A stretch of 64,000 bases of DNA from Candidatus Hydrogenedentota bacterium (GTDB lineage Bacteria > Hydrogenedentota > Hydrogenedentia > Hydrogenedentales > CAILVY01), in NCBI GenBank assembly GCA_029565395.1, contig JAKQOG010000258.1, positions 20,797-84,796 of the forward strand, read 5' to 3'. The translations under genes were made by a program, and so were the position numbers. A model generated the notes under the pieces. The model was not told where the DNA came from. It did no database searches and was given only the letters and a program-made list of their open reading frames with translations. Shown here in pieces: positions 19,401 to 28,158 of this stretch. Positions within the stretch are counted from its first letter, which is position 1; the number at the start of each line of letters is the position of its first letter.

Positions 19401-19640
19401 CGCATTGATCCAGGTTCCACAAACGAACAAATCGAAGCCTTGTTGAAGCGGATGCGCCAGTATATTCATGGTGCGAAGCTCATGGGCGCGGGGGGTGGGG
19501 GATTTCTGCTTCTGGTGTGTAAATCACCCGCGGACGCACAAGCGCTCCGTCAAGAGATTGAGAACAACCCGCCCAATGACCGCGCTCGATTTTTCGAGTT
19601 TAATCTTAGCGAGACGGGGCTTGTTGTTACCGTCTGCTGA
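16470..19640 (+). CDS. fkp: Bifunctional L-fucokinase / fucose-1-phosphate guanylyltransferase
   Basis: N-terminal VADPGGQRVGSGGST and HAGGDSKRVP. C-terminal GHMP kinase APARLDLGGGWSDTPP, PGGSGLGTSS, TTGGGWQDQVGG and KLMGAGGGGF. Confidence 0.88.
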   Translation: MSALIEPWDYLVVTASNAAQAEAYETQLRLRRQLGFLSDAREVLVVADPGGQRVGSGGSTIYCLITVLNREAANRGVDISTPEARESVLCTLRILIVHAGGDSKRVPAYGPCGKIFVPVPGESDSILCTTLFDRQIPRYFSLPSGMVDQGQIVITSGDVLLGLDPSLVRFDAPGINGLGCYATPEQASKHGVYVAHAGGEVRRFLQKPSTHDQRKHSVVDRYDRSILDIGVMSFDAATAAALLRLCEAGLTKDGSLAWSASMGEAIGRHGIDFYGEVCCALGEESDVKHYLHNAKIYHSKWPEPDLRRFFAALSPVPFRVQVLPHCSFLHFGAAHQLISSGHELVREDRSIARERECLSICNIFSEAGRIHGKDAWVEGCKIKAELRLSGDNVIAGVDVHEPFAMPPHACLDVIEGYNRNGETVWFIRYYKTGDDFKGTANHGGSICGVPVMDFLHLARTWPEDVWDESIEESQRGIWNAKLFPAEPDPLGYRRWAWMMNPEKAAASEWDLWRMAERYSFAEMAERTHQEAFHERRARIRAEEVLHALPRMFRPDSNFSAPELAYGMMQSGAAAPWVAAIVREARRHYVKEGAEADLSSLNASRILHTLGSALLHLTDQAPQLLRQAWDDVAAERAWLANIGLDPGAFSDSAAWAARARAHAFEYLNNTILSCGARMEACPKNALRKDEIVWGRAPARLDLGGGWSDTPPYALERGGCVINAAVDLNGTAPIQAYARVIEQPVIRLASIDFGERIEIKELEELMNYRRTWSQFSLPKAALAISGFSLDTAPWPKNTTLKKMLEYFGGGIELTTLAAIPGGSGLGTSSIVGAVVLAVVQRLMGRTLTQRELFHGVLRLEQAMTTGGGWQDQVGGAVRQVKVSTAQPGLVPDPMIHFVPSTVLDQHANGGCTLLYYTGITRLAKNILQNVVGRYLDRERAAMTTLERIHAFPIRVTDAMARQDLAAFGRALDAAWELKKRIDPGSTNEQIEALLKRMRQYIHGAKLMGAGGGGFLLLVCKSPADAQALRQEIENNPPNDRARFFEFNLSETGLVVTVC

Positions 19641-19655
19641 TTCCTATTGTTACAT

Positions 19656-19741
19656 GGGAGGGCGAGGCTCCCGCCGAGCCGTAAGAACAAGATCAAGAAG
19701 ATGTGTTTTGTCTTACGGCTCGGCGGGAGCCTCGCCCTCCC
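19656..19741. repeat. REP/REPIN-like inverted repeat
   Basis: 31-bp perfect arms gggagggcgaggctcccgccgagccgtaaga / tcttacggctcggcgggagcctcgccctccc with a 24-nt spacer. Confidence 0.8.
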
Positions 19742-19801
19742 GTGCGTGAAAATCACGCGTGCACGGAAATTTTGTTTTGATCCCGTGAAAGTAAAATTTA
19801 T

Positions 19802-19837
19802 AACCCCGCCAATCATAAAAGAGTGGCGGGGCTGTTT
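19802..19837. terminator. Hairpin between convergent genes (probable bidirectional terminator)
   Basis: ccccgcca...tggcgggg stem flanked by A/T-rich sequence. Confidence 0.55.
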
Positions 19838-19848
19838 ATCGTGTACGG

Positions 19849-21069
19849 TTATTTTTTGATTACAAGATCCGGATTGTCCGGTCCGAAATGCTTGAGCATC
19901 ACCAGTGGATCGGTCTTGCTGGGATTGCTGATGATAACGCCCGCTTTCGCGGCGGATTCCGATACAAAGAACTCATCGCTGGTGAGCTGGCCAAAACGAA
20001 TGAGCGCCGGGGATTCGATATCCCACACACCCATGCGGCCATGTCCCTGCATCACGATCAACCCATAGGCCGCCGCGTCCTTGATGGTAACCTTGGCGCC
20101 TGGCAGGATCGTAAGCTCCTTCGCGCTGAACGCGGTAGATTTATAGCAAATCCACTGGTCGATGTAGCCTTCCGCCTGCATGGCTTTCAACGGTTTGACC
20201 GGCTTGGGCCGCATGAAATGCTTTTTAGCGAAATCCGGGTCCGTGTTCTGTTCCCAATCAATGACGTCAATCAAATAATCAAAATCGCCCTTGCGATTCA
20301 GCGGGGTGTCTTTCCAGAGCAATTCCTCTGGGACAATTGAGTCGCCTGTCAGGGATTGATACATGGCGAACACGTCGGAGGCTTTTTGGGGTTCATAGGT
20401 GCATAGGCTGCCGGGGGCGTGGAGCACGCCGGGCGGCACATCCCAGCCCGTGCCCGGTTCCAGGCGATACGCCGCCGACAAGTTTGTCAGCTTGTTATCG
20501 CCCTGTGTGTAATTCACCAAGGCCTCGCGCACTTGCGCCTTGGTTATGCCCGGCTGAATACCGAAGAAGGTGTAGGGGAAATCCCCGCCGTGATTATTCA
20601 CCTGCGGCGGGAAATAATAGGCCTCCGGCTTGCCTAATTGATTTACAAGGCCGGCGTGCTTGTCGTCATGATGAATGTGATGTGGAAGGGCGCCCTTGTT
20701 ATCGAAAAACTTGGAATACATCGGCCAGCGCCCGTGCTTTTTCCAGATGCGGTCGCCGATCAGCGCGCCTTTCAATTCGGCCACGGCGTCGCGTAACAGC
20801 ACTTTTTCCGTCTTACCGCGGTTTTCCATCACGATGAAGCTCAGACCCTCATTGGGGCTTGTGAGCGGGCCGTTGTCCGCCGGTGTGGTTGAAGAAAACC
20901 AGCGTTCATCGATGCCGCCCCGGACGCCGCCCAGCGCGTAATAATCGTCCGGATGCAGCTTGAGCCGCCGCCCCGGCACACAGAAGGATCGCGGCACCCA
21001 TGTGGGCGTAAGCCGCACGATTCCCTTGCCTTGTTCCAATGCCCGTCCCGCTATTGTTTTTGCACTCAT
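19849..21069 (-). CDS. Cupin-fold protein resembling class I mannose-6-phosphate isomerase
   Basis: SKFFDNKGALPHHIHH, GKPEAYYF and VPPGVLHAPG PMI-type metal motifs. Confidence 0.65.
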   Translation of the reverse strand: MSAKTIAGRALEQGKGIVRLTPTWVPRSFCVPGRRLKLHPDDYYALGGVRGGIDERWFSSTTPADNGPLTSPNEGLSFIVMENRGKTEKVLLRDAVAELKGALIGDRIWKKHGRWPMYSKFFDNKGALPHHIHHDDKHAGLVNQLGKPEAYYFPPQVNNHGGDFPYTFFGIQPGITKAQVREALVNYTQGDNKLTNLSAAYRLEPGTGWDVPPGVLHAPGSLCTYEPQKASDVFAMYQSLTGDSIVPEELLWKDTPLNRKGDFDYLIDVIDWEQNTDPDFAKKHFMRPKPVKPLKAMQAEGYIDQWICYKSTAFSAKELTILPGAKVTIKDAAAYGLIVMQGHGRMGVWDIESPALIRFGQLTSDEFFVSESAAKAGVIISNPSKTDPLVMLKHFGPDNPDLVIKK

Positions 21070-21091
21070 AGTGTTCTCGCTTTCTTTTTTG

Positions 21092-22237
21092 TTATGCGCC
21101 CACGTTCTGCCACGCCGACACTTCCGCTGATTTCAACACCGCATCGCATACATACTGTGTTTCCAATGCGTCCCGGAAATTGGGCCGCACGGGCACGCCC
21201 GATTCCAACCCTTGCAGGAAATCGGCCAGGGCATTGATGAAGGTGTGTTCGTAACCGATTACGCAGCCCGGCACCCACCAATGACTCATGTAGGGATGAT
21301 CGCTGTCCGTGACAAGAATAGTGCGCCAGCCGCGCGAATTTGAATCATCCCGGTGATCGAAATACTGGAGCTGATGTGCATCTTCAAGGTCGAAATAGAT
21401 CGAGCCGAGTTCTCCGTTCACCTCGAAGGTGTTCTGATTCTTCCGTCCACGCGCATAGCGCGTGGACTCGAATGTGGACAACGCGCCGTTCTTGAATCGC
21501 GCCAGGAACGCACACGCGTCGTCAATCTTCACCGGTTTGATTTTGCTTGGGTCATCCTGAAGCGCGCGTTTCTTGATAAACGTCTCGGTCATGGCGCAAA
21601 CCTTGTCCACGCCGCCGATAAGCCAGATTGCCGTGTCGATGCTGTGCGCCAGCAAGTCACCCGTGACCCCGCTGCCCGCCACATCCGCGTCCAGCCGCCA
21701 CAAGCCCGCGCCGCCCTGCGGAAGATCCGGGCTGATGGTCCAGTCCTGCAAATACTTCGCACGGTAATGGAATACGCGGCCAATACGGCCTTCGTCTATG
21801 AATTGTTTCGCAAGCGCAATCGCGGGCACCCGGCGGTAATTAAACCACACCATATTCGGCACACCCGCCTTCTCCACGGCCGCCGTCATCGCTTTGCCTT
21901 CCTTGGCATTCATGGCCAGGGGTTTTTCGCACAACACCATCTTGCCCGCCTTGGCGGCCGCGATGGCGATGTCGCGGTGCAGGTTATTGGGACACCCAAT
22001 GTCAATGACATCAATGTCTTTCCGCGCTACCAGCGCGCGCCAATCCGTCTCCACGCTTTTCCAGCCCCAGCGCTCCGCGAACGGCTGCACCTTATCCTTG
22101 CTTCGCGCGCACGCCGCCTTCAGCACTGGCTCATACCCCACGTCAAAAAACTGGTTTACTTTCCGGTAGGCGTTCGAGTGCGCCCGGCCCATGAAACCAT
22201 ACCCAATCAATCCGATATTCAGTTTCTTCTTCGCCAT
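21092..22237 (-). CDS. Gfo/Idh/MocA family oxidoreductase (cytoplasmic)
   Basis: [27 protein letters not shown] and GDLLAHSID. Confidence 0.92.
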   Translation of the reverse strand: MAKKKLNIGLIGYGFMGRAHSNAYRKVNQFFDVGYEPVLKAACARSKDKVQPFAERWGWKSVETDWRALVARKDIDVIDIGCPNNLHRDIAIAAAKAGKMVLCEKPLAMNAKEGKAMTAAVEKAGVPNMVWFNYRRVPAIALAKQFIDEGRIGRVFHYRAKYLQDWTISPDLPQGGAGLWRLDADVAGSGVTGDLLAHSIDTAIWLIGGVDKVCAMTETFIKKRALQDDPSKIKPVKIDDACAFLARFKNGALSTFESTRYARGRKNQNTFEVNGELGSIYFDLEDAHQLQYFDHRDDSNSRGWRTILVTDSDHPYMSHWWVPGCVIGYEHTFINALADFLQGLESGVPVRPNFRDALETQYVCDAVLKSAEVSAWQNVGA

Positions 22238-22323
22238 AAAAAGATCTCCGATTTTTTAAACCTTCCGCGGTTTTTTGCCTACTTTAAAGAGTGGTTGTTG
22301 CGTCAAAAGTATTTGTTCTCAAT

Positions 22324-22413
22324 TAGTAGGTCCTATCTCCAGGTAGGACTTTCTTTTCCAGAATTCTGTGCGAACTTCGAATGTAGTGTCCCACCTGGAG
22401 ATGGGACCTACTA
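22324..22413. repeat. REP-like inverted repeat (second family)
   Basis: 26-bp arms tagtaggtcctatctccaggtaggac / gtcccacctggagatgggacctacta (two G-U type mismatches). A partial arm recurs at 34376-34395. Confidence 0.7.
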
Positions 22414-22508
22414 CCGCTCATACCCAAGAATGTGAATATACGCAATTCATAACGTTGAATCTGAACCAAGCAATACACTATCGAATTTACTATATCACTC
22501 GGGAATGT

Positions 22509-23408
22509 TTATTTCCCGTACTTCTCGTTCAGCTTGTCGACGGCTTTCTTGCACTTCTCCGTGACGGTCCATGCGTCCGGCCAGAAGCACAGGTCGATGG
22601 TCCACCAATCATGGGGGATGCCGCTCTTCAGTATTTCTGGAATCAGCGCATCAAAATCGAGGATGCCCTCGCCAAACGGCGCATGGGTGCTTGTTTCATC
22701 GCCATGCAGTGTGCCGTCGGAATCGATCAGATGCAGATGGTTGATCTTGCCCCGCAGTTTCTGGGCCAGTTCCAGTGCACCGCCCGGCAGCGTTTCCTTC
22801 TGTCCCGGCTGACGCGCCCCGACCGCCGCCACCATGTGCGCGTGGCAGGTGTCGAACTGCACGCCGAAGTTATCGTGATTCACCTCGTCCACAATCCGCA
22901 GGATGTCTGACGGCTTGTTGAACGCGAAGCCAGGCTCGAATTCCCAGGTCACATACACGCCTTTGTCGGCCGCTTCCGCCACGCACTGTTTCCAGGTGGT
23001 GACCACGCGTTTCCGCGCCGTATCCGCATCCACCTCGCTGAAGATCGTCGGCGGCTGCACCGTATCCACGCGAATGCCCGGAATGCCCAGATCCACGCAG
23101 AACTGCAGGTTTTTGCTGAATTCATCAATATAGTGCGAGGTATCTTCCGTATTGATCAGTTTCTCGCCCCAGAGATTGGCCGCAAGTCCGGAGAAGGCCA
23201 GCCCGGCATCCGCCACGCCCTGCTTGCAGGCGTCCCGTTGATCCTTCGACGTCAACAGGTCCGGATTCGGATGCACGCCGAACCCGCCCAGTTCCAGCCC
23301 ATCGAAATCCAGCGATGCCAGCTTTTCCAGGATTTCTTCCCACGGAACCGGATTATCCGCATACGGTCCGATTGAATACGCCCAAGTGCCAATTGAAATC
23401 TTCTTCAT
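22509..23408 (-). CDS. Sugar phosphate isomerase/epimerase (xylose isomerase-like TIM barrel)
   Basis: DFDGLEL, WEFEPGF, FDTCHAH, HLHLIDSDG and PFGEGILDF. Confidence 0.88.
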   Translation of the reverse strand: MKKISIGTWAYSIGPYADNPVPWEEILEKLASLDFDGLELGGFGVHPNPDLLTSKDQRDACKQGVADAGLAFSGLAANLWGEKLINTEDTSHYIDEFSKNLQFCVDLGIPGIRVDTVQPPTIFSEVDADTARKRVVTTWKQCVAEAADKGVYVTWEFEPGFAFNKPSDILRIVDEVNHDNFGVQFDTCHAHMVAAVGARQPGQKETLPGGALELAQKLRGKINHLHLIDSDGTLHGDETSTHAPFGEGILDFDALIPEILKSGIPHDWWTIDLCFWPDAWTVTEKCKKAVDKLNEKYGK

Positions 23409-23573
23409 AGCGCGCGCCTTTCTCCTTTAAAAAGACCCCGATACTTTCCAACACAAAAACGAGTTCTTATCCTACCAAATTACCCCCACAAAGGTGAATC
23501 TGCAACTTTTCTTTTCCCAGGGCCTCACATACCCTGCCCTTAGCCCTTCTTTTTGCGGCAATTTCTCCCAGGA

Positions 23574-24746
23574 TCAATGCCGTCCGGCCAATTCTTGCGC
23601 TAACTGCCCGACACTGATTGCTTCGACATTCTCCGTTATCGGATACCGCTCTTGGCCTGAATACACAATAAATGATTTTGCGGGGCGTACATCTTCCCGG
23701 CCATGATAGAACCCCTTTTCGCACTTGGGCGCCGAGCCCAGTTTGATTTCCACCGCCCAAGTCTCCCCCCCCGGAAATTCCAATAGCAAATCAATTTCCG
23801 CCCCGGCCGCCGTCCGGTAGAAACTTGCATAGGTGCGATCCGGGGCTGCCGCCAGAAGATTTTCAATAACAAACCCTTCCCAACTCACCCCCACGACTGG
23901 ATGACCGCATACTTGATTATGATCCATCACACCAAGCAAGGCGTGGAGCACGCCGCTATCCCGCACATAAATCTTGGGCGATTTCACCAGACGTTTATTG
24001 AGATTTGCATGGAAAGGCGGCAATCGCCGCACCAGCAATAGATCCGCCAAGAGATCAATATACCGTGTTACAGTCTGAGCACTGATGGAAAGACTGCCTG
24101 CGAGCCGCGAGGCATTCAACATCGTGCCCTGGTTATACGCCAGCATGGTCCACAACCGCCCCAACGTTTCGGATGGCATGCGAGGGCCAAACATCGGAAT
24201 GTCCCGCTCCAGATAGGTGCGGATAAAATCCTTGCGCAACGCAAAACTTGTTTTATCATCCCCCGCAAGGAAACTGTCCGGAAACCCGCCGCGGATCCAG
24301 AGACGGTTGATGGCCTCCGGGGTTGCCTTGGTTTCCAGGACGTCAAAAGGCCCCAGATCCACATAGGCCACACGTCCCGCCAGTGTCTCGCCTGATTGAC
24401 GCAATAGATCAATCCCGGCTGAACCCAGCAACAGAAAACGTCCATTCCGTTTACCGCTCCGGCGCCCCTGGTCAATGAGGCCGCGAAGGGTTTGAAAAAG
24501 ATCAGGCGCCCGGTGTATTTCGTCCAATACCACGAGCCGGTCTTCATACTGCCGCAAGAAAAAAACCGGATCATTTAACTTATCTCTGTCCGCCTGATTC
24601 TCCAAGTCAAGGTAGAGCGCCTTCCTTTCCTTAGCAAGATGCAACGCCAGCGTTGTCTTCCCCACCTGGCGTGGTCCAATTAATGCGACGGCGGCCTGCC
24701 GCGCGAGTGCTTCCCGAACCTCTTTCTCTTTTCGCCGGTCTATCAT
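23574..24746 (-). CDS. AAA+ ATPase (AAA_14) with DUF4143 domain
   Basis: GPRQVGKTT, VVLDEIHR, LLGSA, RGGFP, YLERDI, RLVKSPKIYVRDSG and EIDLLLE...VEIK. Confidence 0.9.
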   Translation of the reverse strand: MIDRRKEKEVREALARQAAVALIGPRQVGKTTLALHLAKERKALYLDLENQADRDKLNDPVFFLRQYEDRLVVLDEIHRAPDLFQTLRGLIDQGRRSGKRNGRFLLLGSAGIDLLRQSGETLAGRVAYVDLGPFDVLETKATPEAINRLWIRGGFPDSFLAGDDKTSFALRKDFIRTYLERDIPMFGPRMPSETLGRLWTMLAYNQGTMLNASRLAGSLSISAQTVTRYIDLLADLLLVRRLPPFHANLNKRLVKSPKIYVRDSGVLHALLGVMDHNQVCGHPVVGVSWEGFVIENLLAAAPDRTYASFYRTAAGAEIDLLLEFPGGETWAVEIKLGSAPKCEKGFYHGREDVRPAKSFIVYSGQERYPITENVEAISVGQLAQELAGRH

Positions 24747-24785
24747 CCTTGTATTTTATCCAACTCATGGATAATTTGCAAGGAT
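24745..24785 (-). promoter_or_regulatory. Leaderless-type sigma70 promoter embedded in an inverted repeat
   Basis: Minus strand TTGCAA-N17-TAAAAT-N6-ATG. Nested palindromes ATCCTTG..CAAGGAT and TTATCCA..TGGATAA. Confidence 0.6.
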
Positions 24786-25052
24786 AAATATCGTCACAAG
24801 TATCTTCTTCCGGCTACTCTGGCGAGCAGCAAGTCATGGTTCATTTGGGTCGAGGAGTGCTTTTTGTGCTTGTAAGACATTATCACAGAAGAACTTAGAG
24901 AGTATCCATCCGGAATACAAATTTTTTTCACTCTATGTCCCCAAAAGTCGTGCTCAATTGACCTATAGATTGAATTCACCACAACTCTTGGCCACGGTGC
25001 GCCGGGATAGAGGATCTGTTCCGGCGATGTACGGCACAGAAGGAGACAGGGT

Positions 25053-26876
25053 ATGAAAATGATACGGGACATCCGCTTGAGACGAGTGGCACTTGGAGTC
25101 TTTTGGGAGAAAGTGCTTGCTGGAATTGCCTCAAAATATCCATTCCTGGGCAGACGGGTCACCGTGCGCACTTTCATCGTTTCGTTGATTGTTACACCCT
25201 TCGTATTTGGCGGAATTTTGTTACTGGAGTTCATTATAGTACGCAATACAGACGAAACGGGCAATAAAACCATTCCCGCCCGTCTTCACGTCCATGTATT
25301 GGATCAACATACGCATCAACCCATTACTGAGGTCCAATTCGGTTGGAGGTACGGTTGTCTTGAGTGGGGACATACAGTCTGGCCTTTTGACTATAATTCG
25401 CAATTCAATTGGCCCCCGCCCGCCTTTACCTCTTACTGCAATTCATCTGGTGAATATACTTTGGAGGTTGGTTCCATCGGCAGCGTTACTTTTTATGGCA
25501 TGGCGCCGGGATACGCATTGTACAAAGCAAATTTAAGTAATTTAGAACAGGGGTATACACGAGACTATGTCATGTACATGGATAAAGCTTTACCTATCCG
25601 CGGGATGGTTGTGGATGAAACCGGGAAAGGAATTCCTGATGTCGACATTTTTCTGAATTATGCTCCGAAAACCAATATAAACAAAGTCCAATATGCCCGC
25701 AAGACAAAGGAAAGCCGGATGGCCATATCACAAGCAGACGGTTCTTTTTCCCTGCCATGGATTCCGGAGGAAGTTGTTCAGATTGCAGCTTACCAAAGAG
25801 ACTGTGTTCCCTTTGACGGACAATTTTTCCTTAAAACATTGCCCAATGGTCGGCTTACCATCCAGTTAACCCGATGCGCATGGTTTACGGGCAAGGTCAC
25901 ATTTGATGAAACCCCCGTGAATGGCGGGGAAGTATCCATTTTGGTGCGCAATGCTTGGCGGGGCCAAGATTTTTCTCTGAAAGGCACTGTCCAATCGGAT
26001 GGTTCTTTTTCCTTTAAACGGTTACCCCCGGGAATAATGGAATACCATTATTCTTATGGTTCTAAAATATCGAACTCGTCTTGTATCGGTAAACTTGAAA
26101 TGAATGGCGAGAAAGAGTTATTGCCTGGCCAGGAGGCTGCTATAAGAATGGAATTCTCAGCATTACCAGGGGAGGTTTCATGTACATTTCCGGAACAATT
26201 TAAGGGAGACAAAGGCTTTTCGTTTCTTGTTGAACGACCTGAAACAGGCGAGATGATATATGGCGGCGGAGGGTGTCATTATACATCCAATGATATGAGT
26301 ATCCCGGACTTTCCTTCCGGAAATTTCATATTGCGTTTTGAACTCGCTACAGACTCACGAAATCAGCAAAAATGGCAAATTTACGAGGGGACGTTAAAGC
26401 CTGGTGATAAATATCATTTTGACGTACCCATACCGCCGCATACATCGCGTATTGACTATAAAATTATCAATCCCGAAGACGACAACCGATATAGCGCAGT
26501 TCTATTCAGTGGTGATGTGCCGGTGGACGCAGATGAATATGGGGAATGGCCATACGTGGAATTTGAAATGTATCGATTTTTAGGCAGGGCAAGAGACAAT
26601 TTTCATATTGTTGCGGAAGTGTGGTCGCACCCTTGGCTCGAAAATAGTTATACTGAACGTCCATTCGGAGAGTTTATATGTCTTGAGCCTGGAAATTATA
26701 CCCTATATGTGCGCAGTATCAGGTATCAGGGCAAAGGTTGCCAGCCGGAAACAAGAGCCGCTGTACAAAATATTGTTATCCAGAATCCCGATGACAATGT
26801 CCAGATTACACTAAAACTCCAAGAAGCGGAACGAAAGAACTTCAATCGAAATCCGCGTTACTTCCCATGTGATTAA
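25053..26876 (+). CDS. Membrane-anchored protein with carboxypeptidase-regulatory-like beta-sandwich repeats
   Basis: One TM segment, then IRGMVVDETGKGIPDVDI and FTGKVTFDETPVNGG...DGSFSFKRLPPG repeats. Visibly AT-richer than the flanks. Confidence 0.6.
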   Translation: MKMIRDIRLRRVALGVFWEKVLAGIASKYPFLGRRVTVRTFIVSLIVTPFVFGGILLLEFIIVRNTDETGNKTIPARLHVHVLDQHTHQPITEVQFGWRYGCLEWGHTVWPFDYNSQFNWPPPAFTSYCNSSGEYTLEVGSIGSVTFYGMAPGYALYKANLSNLEQGYTRDYVMYMDKALPIRGMVVDETGKGIPDVDIFLNYAPKTNINKVQYARKTKESRMAISQADGSFSLPWIPEEVVQIAAYQRDCVPFDGQFFLKTLPNGRLTIQLTRCAWFTGKVTFDETPVNGGEVSILVRNAWRGQDFSLKGTVQSDGSFSFKRLPPGIMEYHYSYGSKISNSSCIGKLEMNGEKELLPGQEAAIRMEFSALPGEVSCTFPEQFKGDKGFSFLVERPETGEMIYGGGGCHYTSNDMSIPDFPSGNFILRFELATDSRNQQKWQIYEGTLKPGDKYHFDVPIPPHTSRIDYKIINPEDDNRYSAVLFSGDVPVDADEYGEWPYVEFEMYRFLGRARDNFHIVAEVWSHPWLENSYTERPFGEFICLEPGNYTLYVRSIRYQGKGCQPETRAAVQNIVIQNPDDNVQITLKLQEAERKNFNRNPRYFPCD

Positions 26877-27096
26877 AATGCTTGCTCAGTAGTGGTGTGT
26901 CGCTCACATAAACCGATACGATTGCTGAGGTTGACGCCTTGTGTAATGAAAAGCATATCGTTTAAACAAGCCTGCTTTTAAATTTCTAGTTTTGCAATAC
27001 CGGCCAGGAATGTGTTGGTATAGAGGGAAATGGATGTAAAAGGCAATGGAATATCCCTCTGGCGCGGGCAACTGCACTTAGGGCGGTTCCTGGGAG

Positions 27097-28062
27097 ATGG
27101 ATATGAGCAAGAAGTCAATGACGCGGCGGGGATTTGTGGGTACGGTGGCGGCAACGGCCGGAGCGGCGAGTCTTTCAACGGCACAGGCGGCAACAGAGGC
27201 AAAACCGCCGCTGAAGGCGCGGTTCGGATTGAACCTGCTGGTATATACAGCGTCGTTTACGAAGGACCAGGTGGATCTGATTAAGAAGGTGGCGGATATG
27301 GGCTATGACGGGGTGGAGATCTTGTTTGGCGACCTGGATGTATTGGATGCGGCGGCGACGCGGCGGGCGTGTGAAGCGGCGAAGATGGGGTTAACCGCGT
27401 GCGCAATCATGCCGGAAAATGCGAGCCTGACCAGTGGCGATGCGGCGGTGCGTCAGAAGGGTGTGGAACGATTGAAGCGCATTGTGGACATCACGGCGGA
27501 GATGGGGGGCGAGGCGGCGGCGGGGCCGTTGTATGCGCCGGTGCGGTATTTGCCGGGCCGGGAACGTACCCTGGAGGAGTGGAAGTGGGCGGTGGACGGG
27601 TTGCGCGCTGGCGCGGAACACGCGGAACGCGCCAAGATTTTTCTGGCGATTGAGACATTGAACCGTTTTGAAACATATATGATCAACACAAACGCGGATG
27701 CATTAAAGCTGGTGCGCGAGGTGAATCATCCCAGTTTGAAGGTGCAGATCGACACGTTCCATGCGCACATTGAGGAGAAGGATACGGCGGCGGCGATTCG
27801 CGCGGCGGGGCCGCTGCTGGGCCATTTCCACTCCTGCGAGAATGATCGCGGGGTGCCGGGCACGGGCCAGGTGCGCTGGAAAGAGATTTTTGCGGCGTTG
27901 CGCGATATTCATTACGGCGGTTGGATTACCATTGAGAGTTTTGCCACGGGCATTGTGGATTTATGCGCCGCAGCCTGCATCTGGCGTCCGATTTATGATT
28001 CCGCGGACAACCTGGCGGTGAATGGCCTGGCTTTCTTGAAGTCCATGGCCCGCTCGGCGTAA
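27097..28062 (+). CDS. Tat-exported D-psicose/D-tagatose 3-epimerase family TIM-barrel protein
   Basis: TRRGFV Tat signal, GYDGVEI, ETLNRFE, DTFHAHIEE, HFHSCENDRGVPGTG and IESF. Confidence 0.85.
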   Translation: MDMSKKSMTRRGFVGTVAATAGAASLSTAQAATEAKPPLKARFGLNLLVYTASFTKDQVDLIKKVADMGYDGVEILFGDLDVLDAAATRRACEAAKMGLTACAIMPENASLTSGDAAVRQKGVERLKRIVDITAEMGGEAAAGPLYAPVRYLPGRERTLEEWKWAVDGLRAGAEHAERAKIFLAIETLNRFETYMINTNADALKLVREVNHPSLKVQIDTFHAHIEEKDTAAAIRAAGPLLGHFHSCENDRGVPGTGQVRWKEIFAALRDIHYGGWITIESFATGIVDLCAAACIWRPIYDSADNLAVNGLAFLKSMARSA

Positions 28063-28158
28063 TCTGCCCTTGTTTGTGTGCGGGCCGTGATTCCCTCGGC
28101 CTGATAAGGTACAACCCATTCGCAGCGATCCTGTTGCGATACTCATAAGGGAAGCATT

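Noticed and set aside
19550-19859. Short ORFs with GRARLPPSRK on both strands
   Set aside because: These are translations of the REP-like inverted repeat.
21353-22435. 360-aa plus-strand ORF
   Set aside because: Antisense to a clear Gfo/Idh/MocA gene, with no motifs. This is typical of GC-rich shadow frames.
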